Shown: piece after piece, positions 38,301-40,611 of the stretch
Position numbering within the stretch: position 1 is the first letter of the stretch
How the letters are laid out: each line of letters begins with the position of its first letter
DNA from: Callorhinchus milii
Taxonomy: Eukaryota
DNA: 40,611 nt
Direction of reading: 5' to 3'
Assembly: GCF_018977255.1 (NCBI RefSeq)
Contig: NW_024705485.1
Span: 1-40,611, forward strand
Program-made: the position numbers and the translations under genes
Notes under the pieces: generated by a model
Database searches by the model: none
What the model was told of the DNA's origin: nothing
What the model saw: only the letters and a program-made list of their open reading frames with translations

Positions 38301-40611
38301 TAACTACCACGACAACCACTACACCATTACCTAACATAACTACATACAACCACTACAACCACCATACTACTACATATCATACAACACTAACCTAACTACA
38401 ACTACCACTACAACCACTACCACAACCACCATTACCTAACTACTACATACCACTACAACCACTAACAACCACCTTACTACTACATAACTACCACTACAAC
38501 CACTACCACAACCACCATCACCTAACTACTAAACTACCACTACAACCACTACCAACCACCACTTACCTAACTACTATAACTACCACTACAACCACTACCA
38601 CAACCACCATTACCTAACTACTATAACTACCACAACAACCACTATTACCTAACTTCTGCAACTACCACTACAACCACTACAAACCAACAACGCTAACTAC
38701 TAACACTAACTACTAATAACTACCACTATAACCACTACCAACCACCAACCACTCCACAAATTACCTAACTACTATAACTACCACTACAACCACTACCACA
38801 ACCACCATTACCTAACTACTACAACTACCACTACAACCACTACCCACCACCACTTACCTAACTACTAAAACTACCACTACAACCATTAACCACCAACCTA
38901 CCTATTACACTCACACTACCTAATTAACTACCACTACAACCACTACCCACATATCCACCATATACCACTAAACTACTATTAACTAACACATTCACAACCA
39001 CTACCACAACCCATTACCTAACTACTATAACTACCACTACAACCACCATTACCTAACTACTATAACTACATACACAAACATACCTATTCTACACACATAC
39101 ACACACTATTCAACCTAAATACACTAAAACACTATACTAACTACTAACTACCACTAACACTATCAATACTATACTACCTACACACTACACACTATTACCT
39201 AACTACTATAATACACTAAACACACCGACAACCAACTACCTTACTATAACTAAAACCCATTACTAACACTAACTACCACACACAAACCACCATTACCTAA
39301 CTACTAAACTACTACTAAACCACTTACCACAACCACCATTACCTAACTACTATAACTACCACGACAACCACTATTACCTAACTACTATAACCACTACCAC
39401 AACCACCATTACCTAACTACAACTACCACTACAACCACTACCACAACCACCATTACCTAACTACTAAACTACCACTACAACCACTACCACAACCACTATT
39501 ACCTAACTACTATAACTACACTACAACCACTACCACAACCACTTACCTAACTACTAAAACTACCACTACAACCACTACCACAACCACTATTACCTGAACT
39601 ACTATAACTACCACGCAATAATTTTTATCATCACTCAACCACTCTCCACTACCACACAACTCACTATCTACCACTAAACTACAAACACATTACTAACTAC
39701 TAACTACACTACAACCACTCCATCTAACTACTAACTACCACTACAACACTCCAACCACATACCTAACCTACTACCCACAACCACTCACAATTACCTAATA
39801 CTTACTACATACAACCACCATTACCTAACTACATAACTAGCACTACAAACACATTACCTACTACTACTACCACTCACCACTACTAACCTAACTACCACAA
39901 CCACCATTACCTAACTACTATAACTACCACTCAAACACACCACATTACCTACACTATACTACCCTCAAAACACCATTACCTATATACATACCACTACAAC
40001 CACTACCACAACCACCATTACTACCTAACTCACTAACCATCACAACTACCTAACTAACAACCACCATTACCTAACTACATAACTAGCACTAACCCACCAT
40101 TACCTACTACTACAACTACCACTCAAAATCTACCTAACTACTATAACTTACCACTAAACCACCATTACCTAACTACTATAACTACAACAAACTACCACCA
40201 CCATTACCTAACTACTATAACTACCACTACAACCACTACCACAACCACCATTACCTAACTACTACAACTACCACTACAACCACTACCACAACCACCATTA
40301 CCTAACTACTATAACTACCACTACAACCACTACCACAACCACCATTACCTAACTACTACAATACTCACTACAACCACTACCACAACCACCATTACCTAAC
40401 TACTATAACTACCACTACAACCACTACCACAACCACCATACCTAACTACTATAACTACCACTACAACCACTACCACCATTACCTAACTACTATAACTACC
40501 ACTACAACCACTACCTACAACACCATTACCTAATCTACTATAACTACCACTACAACCACTACCACAACCACTATTACCTAACTACTATAGACTACCTCAC
40601 TTACCTAACTA
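17354..40611. repeat. Large G-depleted satellite; consensus ~ACCAC(T/C)ATTACCTAACTACTATAACTACCACTACA(ACCACTACCACA), 35/47-bp variants
   Basis: Continuous tandem array to the window end, anchored by ATTACCTAACTAC. The + strand is almost only A/C/T, and the ORF track has no ORFs here. Confidence 0.97.

Noticed and set aside
17354..40611. Telomere array (TTAGG/TTAGGG) or Thr-rich mucin exon
   Set aside because: CCTAA occurs once per unit, not in tandem, and the C-rich strand points toward the right end, the wrong polarity for a right telomere. The 35/47-bp units break frame and contain TAA.

Overview
Eukaryotic, repeat-dominated DNA. The transposon types (Tx1 and RTE LINEs, a Tc1 fragment, hAT MITEs, a Gypsy-type LTR) and the GC-rich low-complexity style suggest a fish-like vertebrate, possibly a lamprey; this is inference only. 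I can support no intact host gene, RNA gene or CRISPR array. The window has three parts. (1) 1-16060 is a giant near-perfect inverted duplication, with arms 1-7542 and 9214-~16060 around a 1671-bp spacer; the fold-back point lies inside a decayed RTE LINE. Each arm carries a 5'-truncated Tx1-clade LINE in a GGA/GGAG repeat, a 2-2.8 kb (GGT)-based minisatellite, a hAT-like MITE and several microsatellites. The spacer holds the upstream half of the RTE, interrupted by a 375-bp solo LTR with a 4-bp TSD. (2) 16060-17353 is a nest of a MITE relic, a Tc1 fragment and an LTR/promoter-like segment (four CCAAT repeats, TATA, AATAAA), with a dimeric hAT MITE flanked by an 8-bp TSD inserted in it. (3) 17354-40611 is a >23-kb, almost G-free satellite of 35/47-bp units with 4753-bp and 1672-bp higher-order duplications, becoming noisy distally. 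Most long ORFs in the track are artefacts of triplet repeats. Assembly artefact is a real alternative for both the palindrome and the distal satellite.
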